From Lama guanicoe (taxonomy: Eukaryota): DNA of 64,000 nt. Each line of letters opens with the position of its first letter. Position 1 is the stretch's first letter. The stretch lies in NCBI GenBank assembly GCA_013239625.1, contig MU053629.1, positions 2,569,567 through 2,633,566 of the forward strand. Direction: 5' to 3'. Under the pieces are notes generated by a model. The model was not told where the DNA came from and ran no database searches. It worked only from the letters and a program-made list of their open reading frames with translations. Position numbers and translations under genes: made by a program. Shown here piece after piece: positions 42,901-58,002 of the stretch.

Positions 42901-43944
42901 CAACACAGAAGGAAAGAAAAAAAACTTAAAAGGTACCTAAATATTTTAATGTGCATGGAATCAAATAAAATAATTTTCATTGTTAAGCCCCCAAATTTCC
43001 CCCACTGTTTAGTTTTGTTATATAATCAAAGTTAATAACTTATATTTTAGTATGAACACTTCACTTCTGCTGATAGCAAAGCATAGATTTTCTAATGTTC
43101 TATGAAGCCAAAGAATTGGACAAATATCCAGAAAAAAAAAAAACAAAACGGAAAACTAGCTAGGTACTTTAGGTAAATGTACAATGTTAGGATGTTTTAT
43201 TTACTTCAGCATATGGCTGTTACTATGACTGATGCTGCATGCTACGTTTAGAATTAGATGTAGTCTTTTTCTGAAGATTTAAGGCAGACTTCAATTCCAT
43301 CTGCTCACTTATGGTATGAAAATGGATCAAAAATGGCAAATAAATCAGACAAGTCAGTAAGAGAATGGCCTTTTTACAGTACCAATTGGGAAGTTAGTGT
43401 CATGTGTAAGTATACAACTAAACAAGTCATCAAAACATGGTTCTTCATGGTACTTTTTCCATGAAATTTATGACTACTTGGAAACTACTTGTTCTAATTT
43501 TTAAGATGAATAAAATTCAAATATTTTCAGGAAACAAGTATGGGTAGAGAAGATTAAACTAAAGAATTGAATCTCAATCTTCAATTTTAAAGAATTTATT
43601 TTCCCATTTGTAGAGTAACATTATTGTAAAATCCACAGTTACTGCAACATCTGCATTGCTTAAAAGAACTCCTAAGAATTTTGTTAAAGCATATTTTTAA
43701 AAAACTGAACGAAAATAATGTACATTTTATCTCTGAACAGTGTGTCATTAAAGTCCACGTAATGTCCTCTGTATAAATCAATGTGATGTTACATAATATA
43801 CATGATCTGAATTTTATCCTAAAAGCTTCTGACCATGTATGATATCCAAGATAGATCCAATGTTTTTAATGTCAGACTGCTGAGACAGTTACGATCCTAA
43901 ACAAAAGAAGGAAAACTTTATATACAGGACAGAAGTCTGACAGT

Positions 43945-44076
<132 letters not shown>

Positions 44077-45168
44077 CTATGGGTAAACACAACTTCTCAA
44101 AAAATAAATAACAAATTAATAACAAAATAATAAATTAATCCACAAGCTACCCAAAGAAAGAAAATATTAAGAGCACCTTTAACATTAAGATTGCTTACTG
44201 ATAAAATACAGGAGACATTTAGAGCACACAACCAAAAGTTGCAAGTCATTTTTCTAACATTTTCCCTAATAAAAGTTTTACTGAAATAAATTAACAATGA
44301 GGCTTCCATTATGAAGGCTTAAAAATAAATCCATTTCTTCACCAAAAAAGTAGAATCTATTATTTCAACCCAAATCTTTAACATTTAGCATCTATCAATG
44401 GCAAAGAAGTTGAAAGCTTCTGACCAAACCAATATGACTCAAATTAGTGAAAATTATGGTCAAACCATCACAATTCCTTTCTATTAATATCAAACAACAG
44501 TAAAAGATTATGTCTCTTTGAATAAGCAACGTTGTTCAAAACCAATCATCTCATAAGTTATCTTAGAAGATAAACAAAACGTAATACACTTTGTGATAGG
44601 AACCTAATTTTTGTGTAGGTAACATTACAGTCAAGCCCAGTTTAATAAATATTTACTGAATAGATTGCAGTCACCAAACCACAACCTGCAGGCCAAACAA
44701 AGCCCACCATCTGTTTCTGTAAATTAAGATTTATTTGAACACAGACACGCTCATTCATTTATGGATCGTCTGGCTGCTATCAAGCTATGAGGACGCTGCT
44801 GAGTAGTTGCAATAAGGATTGTATGGCCCTGAAGTATTTAGCCCTGTACCGGAAAGCCTGCTGACCCCTAGAATAGTTATATAAAGCAATCAAAGATACG
44901 TCAAATTTGTCAACTGATAAGATATGACAAATTCTGTCAACAAAGTTTTGGTCTTATGAAAGACATGGAACAAGTCATTCACAAATTACAAAATTAGCAG
45001 GAAGGTTCATTAGAATCTCTTCATTTGGATTACTTTTATGTCTTTTTTGATACTTCATCCTTAAGAGAAAAAAGTGGAGGCTAATTTTGAAGATCAATTT
45101 TCAGAAAGACTCAAAATATTATTTTATAAGTAAAATTAGCATCTGTTCTAGTTTGACAATACACTTTA

Positions 45169-45276
<108 letters not shown>

Positions 45277-45894
45277 CTAAAATGATAAAGTAATGAGTTA
45301 CATGGGAAACTGAGGTTACATACACAGTACTTGTATTCTACAGGTTATCAATCAAATTCATTAACTCAGCAAGTATTAATGAGTCCCTATTATGCACCAG
45401 GAACTGAATGTTAAAAAAGTCAATGTAAAAGATTTCATATTCTTCATATTAAAATAGCTTCTAACTAAATTCAGAGAGAAATGACTCTATAAGGGAAGGC
45501 TATTTGTAGTTCTGCCTACTTGGGTCACTATGCACATACAAAAAGACTACTTTCATTTTGTATGAGACTCAGATATTACTCAGAAGCATCTGATATACGC
45601 TATGACCAAAGGAGGACCAATTAAGGAGGATTACTATCCTTAATTTGGAAATGATTTAATCCTAAATCATCTCTACCAAGCTATGACTTCAAACAGTATT
45701 TGTCTCAAGTGCTGCAGTAGATCTAAAGTTATTTACTAAAGAAAACTAGTTTTGCCTACGAGTAGGGGCTGGATTACACTCCATCTTAAGGAAAATACTG
45801 GTCGAGTACACCAAATTTGCTGGGAAAAAAACATCAACTATATTATTTATTCTAAGAGTTTGCATGTTTATAAATCTGTCATTAACACCTGAAG

Positions 45895-46120
45895 TCCAGA
45901 CCTTCGTTAAAGAATATAATCCCAACAACAAGGACCTACTGCAGAGCACAGGGAACTATATTTAATACCCTGTAATAACCTACAATGGAAAAGAATCTGG
46001 AAAAGGATATGTATAACTGAATCACTCTGCCGTACACCTGAAACTAACACAACACTGAACATCAATTACACTTCCATTTTTAAGAATTAATTTAAAAAAT
46101 AACAAAACACAAAAAAAAGA
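45895..46120 (+). mobile_element. Artiodactyl-type L1 3' end
   Basis: aaggacctactgcagagcacagggaactatatt...actgaatcactctgccgtacacctgaaactaacacaac. Confidence 0.8.
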
Positions 46121-46494
46121 GAGACTGTAATCTCAAACTGTCTGTGATGAATGTGTAGATCTAATCAGAACGTCCTACTTTTTACGAGAGAGGTAATATT
46201 CAGCAGTGAAATCCTTAAAAGAGAACAGGAACATGTGCTTGTTTGGGGAGCATGTAAGGAAATGGTAACCCACTGTACAGCCGTAGCTGGTAGGCAGGGA
46301 GAGGACGCTAAGAGAGTGGGTGGTGGCTGAAAGTAGGCTGGTCTCTAGGATTTGTAACAAAATTAAAAGTGAGTTCAATAAAAAATGTTAAAAAAAAAAG
46401 TGAGTTCATACCATACTGAACAATTCAGGGGTAAAATGTCATGGTATCTACAATTTATTTTCAAACAAACAAGAATTAAGATCTCAGTTAGTCT

Positions 46495-46804
46495 CACAGA
46501 CATAGAAAACAAACTGTAGTTACCAGTGGGGAAAGGGAGGGAAGGGATGAATTAGGAGTTTGGGATTAACAGATATTACTATTGCATAAAATAGATAAAC
46601 AACCAGGACCTACTGTATAGCACAGGGAACGATATACAATTTCTTATAATGGAAGAGCTATAACAGAAAAAAATCTAAATATACACACACACACACACAC
46701 ACACATATATGTATGTATATGTATAACTGAATTGCTTTGCTGTACACTTCAAACTAACATTGTAAACTGACTACATTTCATTAAAATTAAGAATTAAAAA
46801 AAAA
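46495..46804 (+). mobile_element. Artiodactyl-type L1 3' end with internal (CA)n and decayed TSD
   Basis: ggacctactgtatagcacagggaac; poly-A tail; TSD aagatctcagttagtct (46478-46494) / aagatttcattgagtct (46805-46821). Confidence 0.85.
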
Positions 46805-47123
46805 AAGATTTCATTGAGTCTGAGAAGGTGCTCTGGGGCTTAGTCAAAAGGCCTATGCAGACTTTTCTGAAATTCTCCTTCCCACAATCCTGATTTCCTC
46901 TATTTCATTAATTATATTATGTGTATGTCCTCTGTTGCGAACACCTTTAAAGTTAGTTTTTAGAAAGAAGAAAAATATAATCTACTGCGACCAAAACAAA
47001 CAAAAAAACAAAATCACAAAAAAATGTTAGGCTAATTCTCTGCATGTATTTCCAAACAAAAGACATGAAAGTTTAATATTCTCGAAATTCAGACCAAGAA
47101 ATCATCTAGTTTTTTGTATACTA

Positions 47124-47228
<105 letters not shown>

Positions 47229-48798
47229 CTACAAATATATTCAAAAGAAATAGCTCAGATAATACTTAATCTTACTTTTGTAATATAACCATACAGCATT
47301 TGATCTATTAACAATTACTACCTACCACTATTACTGGTCTTTTTAGAACAAAAAGAGACCAATGCCCTGACTTTACAGATAAAGATATAAGTTCCAGAGA
47401 GTTAAGTACACTGATTCACTAATACTTAGAAAGAAACATGGGGTCAGAATCTTCATGTTCTGATTGACACTATTCCTTTTCAGACTGAAGCATTTTTAGG
47501 TTATCACTTTCTTTCTGGAAAACATTCATTTTAAAGAGTGTTACCAACTCATCCTATGGAACAAAGATAAAACTTGAGACAAGCCTCTCTAAATTACCAG
47601 ATTTTAAAAATTACTGAGAATTTAATATACCAACCACCCCCCCAAAAAACAAAATACTTTGGAACATTAGACTTCACAAGATCTTGGTATTAAACTTTTG
47701 GTTATTAATTTCCACCTGCAGAAAATGTAAAATTTAAGTGAGGTAATTATCTCTCATGATGCTTTAGAACCTTGCCTTCAGAAAGCATTTGTTTGTAACA
47801 GTTAACCTATGAGAAGGTATCAGTATGAATCACAAGTTTGTCCTCAGTCTCTAAAGAGGTTTTCTAGATTAACACGTATTTTCTAGGACTTCGTTCAACA
47901 TTTATTGAACCTCTATGTGTTTATATATTAGAGACTAAATGATGAATCAGACATCACCTTTGCCCTCAAGAATCTGAAGTCTATTGGGTGGTGACAAATC
48001 AACAAAACAGCATTTACAGCATAGTGTTTGCACACAGTGCTAAGAGAGCACTAGAGTGGGGGCACCTAAATAAGGCTAGGGGCCCACTGGAGGATTTTAA
48101 GGAGGGGAGTAAAATAATTAGCTTTGTGTTTATTCACTCAATAAATATTTATTAAGAACTTAATATCTACTTGCTGGGCACTGTGTCTAATAATTTTAAA
48201 AAGATCCATTCTGGAAATGAAAGATAATGATATTTTGGTGGCAGTGGTCAGAGACAGACTTGAGATAGGGAGATCAAGTAGGAAGCAAATGCACAGGTAA
48301 AGGTGAAGAATTATAAATGGGCTTGCCTTGAGGTACGGACAGTAGCCACAGAGAGACTGGTATTTCAAGACACTAAGTTCATAAAACCCAAAACATCTGC
48401 TATCTGATTGGTTGTGTGGGTTAAAGTGATCTCCAGGTCTGGCTGCAGAGAAGTAGGTGTGAGAGCTAACTTTAGAAAAAAGTATACAAAGTATGTCACA
48501 ATGGAAGCATTTAGAATATCAAGGCTAAAGAGACAATCCTGTGTGCCTGGCTAGAGGGGTTACAGGCAGGCTGCTAGCATAATTTCTCTCTCATTTATAT
48601 ATACCCTTGGGTTTTAAAAGCTACAATGTCAGTTTCAATGAAGAAAAAAATACAGCCAACTCTTAAGTGTCTGATATAACACAATGTGCCTTCTGTGATT
48701 CCTAGATGAACAGATCCGTATCTAATGAAGAATAGGCTGGTATTCCAGATGCGGAGTACTGCTTTTTAACTTGTTAGGCTAATACATACAGAGTTTCA

Positions 48799-49161
<363 letters not shown>

Positions 49162-50054
49162 TTACAAACAGCAGAATGAAGCTGCATCATGCTAAGCATT
49201 TTGCATGCATATCTCATATGATCTTCGCCACTGAAGAAGGTCTACTATCATTCATATTTTACAATGAAGAAAACAGGCTTAGAGAGGCTGAGTACTTTGA
49301 CTAAGCTGTTGCTGCTCTAAGTGGTAAAGCCAGAATTCGAACTCAGGTCTATCTGCCTTCAGAACTGAAAACCTAACCAATTTTCAAAGACTGAATTCTA
49401 GTAAAAGTAGGTAAGTAAGAACTGTGAAGGGAAGTCCCTTAAACTCAGATAAAAATGTTGCAGGATTTTTAAGACCTCTAGACTAGTGTGGTTTCCAAAA
49501 TGTGTAAGAACTGTGAAAATGGAGGCTATAATTTTTTTATAACCAGAGTCAATTTTATAATACTCTAAACAGGAGTAGGGTCTATGGAATAAGCAGCCTT
49601 ATAAGGAAATTACCGACAAATGTCTTAAGTCATTGCTAAGCATTCTATTAAAATCATGATTTGGGGTCATATACATTACCCTATGAGTTAGAATAATTTA
49701 GATTTTATAAAGAACAACATTTAAAGATTATACAAAACAAAAATGGTAACTTGGCTGTAAAAGGTTGGGTATCCAAGGTGTATGGCTCTTGCTTCAGTCA
49801 ATATAAAAGAACCATACTCCAGACAACTGTCAGAAAGTTTAATTTTGATATGTCATACAGCTTGTCAAAAGTACAAGAAAAGTTACATGGTATGTGAGAA
49901 AACAGCCTAAGTTAAAAATCTATTCCTAAGTCTCTAAGCTTTGTATGTGGACAGTTAGTGTATCAGAAAACAAAATACCTTTCATTCAATAAATACTTAT
50001 TAAGCATTTACTGTATACACATGTGAGCACATATGGTAATACAAACATATATGC

Positions 50055-50055
50055 G

Positions 50056-50087
<32 letters not shown>
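50055..50087. repeat. (CA)n(TA)n microsatellite
   Basis: Read directly from the sequence. Confidence 0.85.
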
Positions 50088-50951
50088 AACATTTATTAAC
50101 AATTATAGTAAAATACTGAGGATACAGACCTGAAGACAGCCCTTACCTTAATGGGGCTTATTTACAGTGAGAACACATGAGGATATTAAAGTATCATAGG
50201 TGTAATGAAGGACAACTGTGCAGGAAACCCTGGTAGTGGAAAGGAGAAAAACAGGCACATACTAGGGAGGGAGGGTAGGAGGTGATCAAGAACGCCTTCA
50301 CAGAGGAATCGCCTAATTTTTTTTAATAGATTGAGCTTTAGAAGATAAACAAGTGTTTGCCAACCAGACTGAGGCAGGGAGGGACATGAGCAAAGGCAAC
50401 AGGAATAAAACTTAGGACTGCAAGCAGTTTGATATGGTTAGAATATATTACTTAATATTGTACCCCTGGTTTTCAACAAGGTTTGATAAAAACAACAGCC
50501 AAATGGATGTGTTTAATCCTTTATAAAATCACTGCTGAAGACTCTTATGTTTCTATTTTCTTTTCATAAAAATCTATGTGACAAACTGTTTTTAAATCTT
50601 TATGTCTCATAAAGACATAATACCCTTCCTCTTTCAGGCAATAAAAACCAGCTCACAATTTCTCCCTATTTTCCATTAAGAAGTCTGAAGCTAAATGGAG
50701 TGACAATTTCCATTAAGTTGAAGCCATGACCTAAACCTTTCTTTTATATGTTTCTGATCTCTTTTCTAACATTACTTTTAGTTGTTCTTTTCTACAAGTT
50801 TCTAGCTTCAAATTCTTTTTGGAAGTATGAATTATAAATAAATATCAGAACATGGTCCCTGCATTTGGTTGCGAATTTCAAATATTAAGTTGTTTCTCTT
50901 TCTCTTCCCCTCATCTCTCTCATGTGCACACATGCAAAGAAATAATTTCTT

Positions 50952-51154
50952 CTTTCTAATTTGTTAGGCTAGTTTATGCAGAATTTCAAAAGCAAGAAAA
51001 ACATAAATTAACTACTATGAAAAATTAAAATCTAACCTTATCCACGCTGAGTAAGGCCAGGTACTGAGGAATAAGAGCACTACATGGCTCAGTACTTGTC
51101 CAAGAGTTTTCTCATCTGGGTTACGCAAAAGAATTACCACAGGCAACCCTCCCA
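50952..51154 (-). pseudogene. Decayed duplicate of the 3' part of CLPX exon 11 plus its donor and adjacent intron
   Basis: Aligns by eye to 48762-48962; the exonic part has 18 mismatches in 118 nt and a 4-nt deletion. Confidence 0.9.
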
Positions 51155-51903
51155 TTAGCAGCACTGTTTTTTTTTTTTTTAACTAAGTAGTTTTACTGCT
51201 ACTTAAACTAGTGCATGCAAGGCCAACGAGACTTAAAGCAAGCAATACAGAAAAAAGTGGATCCATGATATATTCATTTAAATAGAAAATAATACATAAA
51301 AGAGATCATTTGTGGCTAGCTATTACATAAAACAGAAGAACATGGAAAATAGGCACGTTTGGGGGCAAGAACTATGTTGGCATTACATTTTACTGTAATC
51401 AATCAAATGTACCAACAAATAGCTACTGGGCATGGACCTTGAGGATATGAAGAAGTAAGTTCCAGTTAAAATAGTTAAAATCAAAGCTTAGAAGAATGTT
51501 TAAGAAACATCTGTAAAACTAGATGAGTTCACAACTCAGCTTGAGGGGTTACAAGCAGGCTTGCTAGCATAACTTCTCTATTTATATACACCCTTGGGCT
51601 TTCCTCCATCTGTGAAAGTGAGCAGTGATCTACGATAGACTCTAAGGATGGGGGCAATGGAGACAAGCTCTTTACTGGGCTCCAGTGAATTGGGCAAGAG
51701 AAATGAATGAATATATATTTTACCAATTCAGCAGCTACCTCAAATAATAGAAGAATCCCTTAAGTGAAATATAAAATCAAAATCGTCAAGTTATATTTAA
51801 AAATGCTCATATACAGATGATATTTCGAAATTTTCCAATTTACTACTCTGAGATTTCAAAATATAACTAGGAGTATATTTCTGGTATAATCTAAGAAAAC
51901 CTA

Positions 51904-52179
<276 letters not shown>

Positions 52180-53130
52180 CTAAATAAAAAATGAATGATT
52201 TATGGCATAATCATGTAAGTGTATTATTTATTATACTTGAGATTATGGGACTCAATGGGGAAAATAATACGTGGTTATGGTCAATGAGCATAAATGAAGA
52301 AACCTTCCACATTTCTACAACTAAAGTGCAAATCACATCGATAATTCATAAACTTATTTGGAAGAGTTACTGGGCTCCTTATGTATTCAGGAAACCATAC
52401 CATTAACCTGAGAGGTTGTTTTTGATGGTAAGGACATAATTCTGACATAAAGAGAAATATGACTCTGTAAGATGTTACCCAACCATGGTGGGAACATTCA
52501 GAATTTGAAAATATTTGAAGATTTGTATTTCATGTAAATTAAAATTCTGTTCTACTCCTAGTGTTAAACTTTGAGAATACTTTTATTGAGATGCCTTTAT
52601 GAGAAATTATGCAGCATATTTTATAAGTGTGATTGCACCTCTGGTCAAAAAAATCAAAAGCAATTTTCCTTACCCTGCAGTTTATGTCATGATTAGTTAC
52701 CAGTAAAAGGTCAGATTGACCAAAGATCATTATGACTTAATTATGACTCTACAAGGAATAAAACACTATTTTACCTTCTAACTAAGCGCAAACAGTAAGA
52801 TACTTGTACATAGTTCATTTATGTATAGTTGGAACCAGAACTTTCTTTAAGAGTCCTCTAGAAATGTTTAATTGGGCCTTTGAGGAATAAAACCAACAAA
52901 AACTAAACTTTAATTTTTTTTCTGTTCTTTAAAGACTTTTTAATTTCTTAACAAAGGAAATTTGGTATTTAAAATCACCAACAGCTTTCTCTTAGCTGAA
53001 CTAAATGGTATGTGGAATTTTGGGGTGGGAGAAATAAACAAAACAATCTAATTCAATGTGAAACCAAACGTACAATATTTGGGAGGTTGATGTATTCCCT
53101 TCCTTTTAGTGGACTTGAACAAAATATTCA

Positions 53131-53235
<105 letters not shown>

Positions 53236-54036
53236 TTAAGGAGGATTCTATTTATAATATGAAAAAGATATACACAAGGCAATCTCAGCTTTAAAAGACT
53301 AGGTAGCTAGAGAGCAAGGTTATTCAATCTTTCACATTTAACATATGCAATGGCTTAATATTATAAAAATATACTGCTACTTTTTCCACCTGTCATTTTG
53401 TACAAATGTTTTATAATTTACTCCACAGAATATCATTTGGGTATGATAACGAACTATGGGTATGACCATAGTTATCTACCTCACTAATGTTTTCAGGTTC
53501 CTTATTCTAGGAAGCTGAGATAGAGGTATAGAGTGAAAACAGGAAGTAGATACAGTGCCTGTGCTAGCAAAACTTTAGCTTACTCTCTCCCATCTACATC
53601 CTTGTCTTATAGGAAGCTAGAGAGGAGGCTGTCAAGCTCTCCACGAAAACAAGGACAGATAAGAGATGGGGAAAGGAGAAATGCAGCATCTATGACATCC
53701 TGCAGGTCAACAGGCTCATCTGTTTCTATATTTATCTGGTACTCTCTTGCCTTATCCCCTCCCCATCCCTACACCAGCATTAGGAGTCTGGAGGAGAATC
53801 AGAACAGGAAAAACAATGATAGTATTAAAAATCTAACAGGATAGTAATCTGGCCTATTTTCACCCTACTAGCCATCTTATCAATAAGGCAAAGCAAGTTT
53901 TGTGGCCCTTAGTCAGTATGCTAGAAAATGTTTAACATAGCTACTTTTATGTAATTATAGAATTTTACTCTTTGACTCAAAATTAAGAATTATATTATCT
54001 CTTACTACTAGACTGCTTCCCTACATTTGGCGACTA

Positions 54037-54291
<255 letters not shown>

Positions 54292-54589
54292 CTACAGAAG
54301 TGCAAAATAAATCTGAATAGTATGTAATAAAAAATTATGGTTACATCTTTTCCATACCATTATTTAGATCTAATGGTACGTTATTTTTATTATTCCTGTC
54401 AAGGTCTAAAGGGCAATACCAATGTCTCAAGTTCAGCCTGAAGACTTGTATACATTCTGGTAATGTATCTATAAGATTGGTCTTAGATTTTCTTCTTAGA
54501 AGCCAGAACCCCCCCAATCACAAGACACAGGTTACAAAATTATTTATATCCTATGTTTTAAATAAGTAGTAAATTTTCCCAGGAAGTTA

Positions 54590-54838
<249 letters not shown>

Positions 54839-57800
54839 CTACATCTCAAACCACTTATTGAGAAAAAATTTGAATACTGTCTTTCTTACCTAAAAAGGAA
54901 GAAAACCTAAACTTATCTAGTGACAAATGTACAATACATAATGATTATTCAGGGAATCCCAAGCAAAGAAATGCATTCTTTTTACCCTCCTTATTTATAC
55001 AAACCTGTATGAAGAATGCCTTTCACTCAAAAGAAGGCAGTACAATAGAACAGTGCTACGAGTCAGGAAGCTTTAGCTTTGGTCTTTGTCTCTACATAGC
55101 TAGCTATAATCTTGAGCAAGTCATATAAACTTTGTGTTTCTGTGTCCTAATCCATAAAATGGCAATAATACCCATCCTATCACATCCTATCAATTTCAAA
55201 CACATCTTTGGAAAGTGTAAAAACAAAACACAATTGATTTGGAGACACTCTGAAAGACAAACAAAGGTGTATTATTTTTTTCAGTACAAAGGAAAAGAAG
55301 CAGGGCTGTAGAGAGAGGGGAAAACACTGACCTGAAAAATAGGGAACTTGGGTTCTACTCTCGGTTCTATCATTGTGTTGTAAGACCATGGCAAGTCACT
55401 TAGCTTTACTGGGCCTGGTTCCTTACCTATAAAGTGAAAATACTGAGACATACGACCTCTACAGTCTCCTCCACATCTGAAAATGATCCTGTGGGTCTAC
55501 CAGAGAAACCAACTATGCGAAGAGTCACTATCCCTGGCCCTATCTGAATTTCTGATTTTACAGAATCTCAACTGGATCTTTCTAGTCCCTTTATTGGAGA
55601 CATAATCTTAACTAGATGGGACTGACATTGCTCATGAACTAGCATTTTATCAGTTGAGTCCCTTAAAAAAAATCTTATTCTCTCTCTTGGCTGAAGGAAA
55701 GAATCCCAATAGTCTTTTCAATTAGTCAAATTTTCAAATAGATACTGCTTCTGGCTCTCAGCATTTAAGGTATCTGTGCTTATAACATTGTTGCTTGTAT
55801 TTTCTGGATTTATTTTTAGGTTGTTTCTAATAAATGCTATGTCTCATTATAATCCACATGAGGCAAAAAATGCAGTCTTCTATATGAGTTCAGTTAGCTA
55901 GTTGTCTCTAGCACATACACATGCACACACACAAAATTTAAATTTCAGCAAAATCTAGTTAGGAATTGTGACAATATAAAAGGTGCTTGGCTCAAGTGTA
56001 GGTCTACCCAATGGGGAAAAAATGATTTAGGTGAATAACTTGAACAAAATTGCAAGAAGCATATTAACTACAATGCAATCACATGAGACACATATTTAAC
56101 TTACTCTATGATTTAAGTTTAATAAAGAGGAATAATTTAAAGAATACAAAACAAATGATGTATGCCATTCCATTTTATGAAAATATGCCTCAGGATAAAC
56201 TTGAGATAAACTTCCTGTTCTTTGAGTTGTCTCTGTTCTTGCATCTCTCTCACCGCATAAGCAGTTCTCTATAATGAGAAGGACCATGAGCAAGTAGGCT
56301 AGCTCAGTTGGCTGGGTGGAGCTCATCAGCTATATGGCCCTAGGCAAACTACTTTAAATTTCTGTGCTTCAGTTTTCTTATACTTAACATGGTGATGTAA
56401 AGACTAGTTTCTGTCTCACAGGTTTGGGCAAGATTAAATGAGTATATACACATGTAAAACACTTACAACAGTGTCTGGGAGATAGCTTTCTAAGTGCTTT
56501 AGAAGCATCTGCTATTAGAATTAATATTTTCCAACTGTTTAACCATCTGAATAACATGGCCGTTAAGCACAAGCCAACTATTTCATTTAGTGTTTAACTT
56601 AAGAAAAACATTATGTTCCAATGATAATGGAAAAAACCCTCAGTCTTAACATGTTAAAGAGATACACGCTGATCTCTAACATGTGATTTCCAAAGGAACT
56701 TTCAAGAACATTTTGATTATATATGATTTTGGCCTAATGCCCTAACTTCAGAACTTAAAATCCCACATAGGACAAAACTAAACTATACATGAAAATTAAT
56801 TCTATTTAAACTCTCAAAATATTAATTTCCAAGTCAATCAATAATATAATTACAACTCGCTTTTTACCTAAGTTCTTAAATACTGTTACTTGCTAACATT
56901 TAAATTACATTAAATCACTACATACATTAAAAACATCACTACACTTACGATATTTGTTTCAAAATATTCACTATAGACTTTATTAATTCACAGCAGTTTC
57001 ACTAGCCATCTGCTCAAATTTATGAATATAGTATTGACAGCACATTTTATTACATGTAATAAATCTCATTCCAGAGCTGGTATACAAGTTCTCATGGCTC
57101 ACCCTGAATATACAGGACACCTCAAAAAGTCGATATATAATACCACTTGGTTCAAAGGCAAATGTAAAATTATCAAACTTTTAAATGAAAAATGTTTATG
57201 CTGTCTTATCTATTGTCTTTTGTTTGTTATTACAGTTACTGGAATACAAAAGGCCATGTGAATCTTTTTATGACACCATTGAAACCTTTACCCTCTGTGT
57301 AGCAACTATATCCACCTCCAAAGAAATGGGTGCAAGATATCAGAATGGCCACTAGCCTTAGTGTCCCAGGTCCTTCCACACCTTCCATCAGACCATCTGA
57401 TGTTTATGGGGCAATCTAGGGCTGGCAACAGTGAGTTGGGGCTTATTTAGAATTTGCAAGTCTATATACTATGTTTCACAAACACCAAAAAATAAACAGT
57501 GTGGTTCCTGGCAAAGAATAGCTGGAAGATAATCTGCCTCTCCCCAAATCTGTCACTTATAAGTAGGCCAACTCTAATTTATGGTTAAAAAAAGGATATA
57601 AAACTCAAGCTATGGATTTTTAAAAATACAACTCCCATTAATATGCAGATCTATATTTACAAAGGAAAACTATATATAATACTTTTTATTTCTCCACATT
57701 ATGCTTTTAAGAAATATCACAACAGAAAAGATTAAATCAAATATCTAAAATAACCCAACATCTACAAACTACACAAATTAGCTATGTTCCAAAGTTACAT

Positions 57801-57960
57801 ATACCATGTACGATAAATACCTTTAGATAATATATAGTATCTTTTTGGGTAAAACACAAGCAAATGCATGTCTACTGTTACTACTGCTGACATACTTCAC
57901 TGAGGTTAATCTCAAAAGGAAGAATGATTACAGAGGAGGACCTGAGGAGAGGTCACTTAC

Positions 57961-58002
57961 TTGTAAATCTGTACTCATCCTCTCGTCTTCTTATTTCTAA
58001 CT
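57961..58002 (-). CDS. CLPX: CLPX exon 6, 42-nt exon (LEIRRREDEYRFT)
   Basis: tttcttag|AG acceptor, CAA|GTAAGT donor. Confidence 0.9.

Noticed and set aside
48635..48740. ATGAAGA...CTGA as a possible C/D snoRNA
   Set aside because: Antisense to the host gene, with a non-consensus C box and no terminal stem
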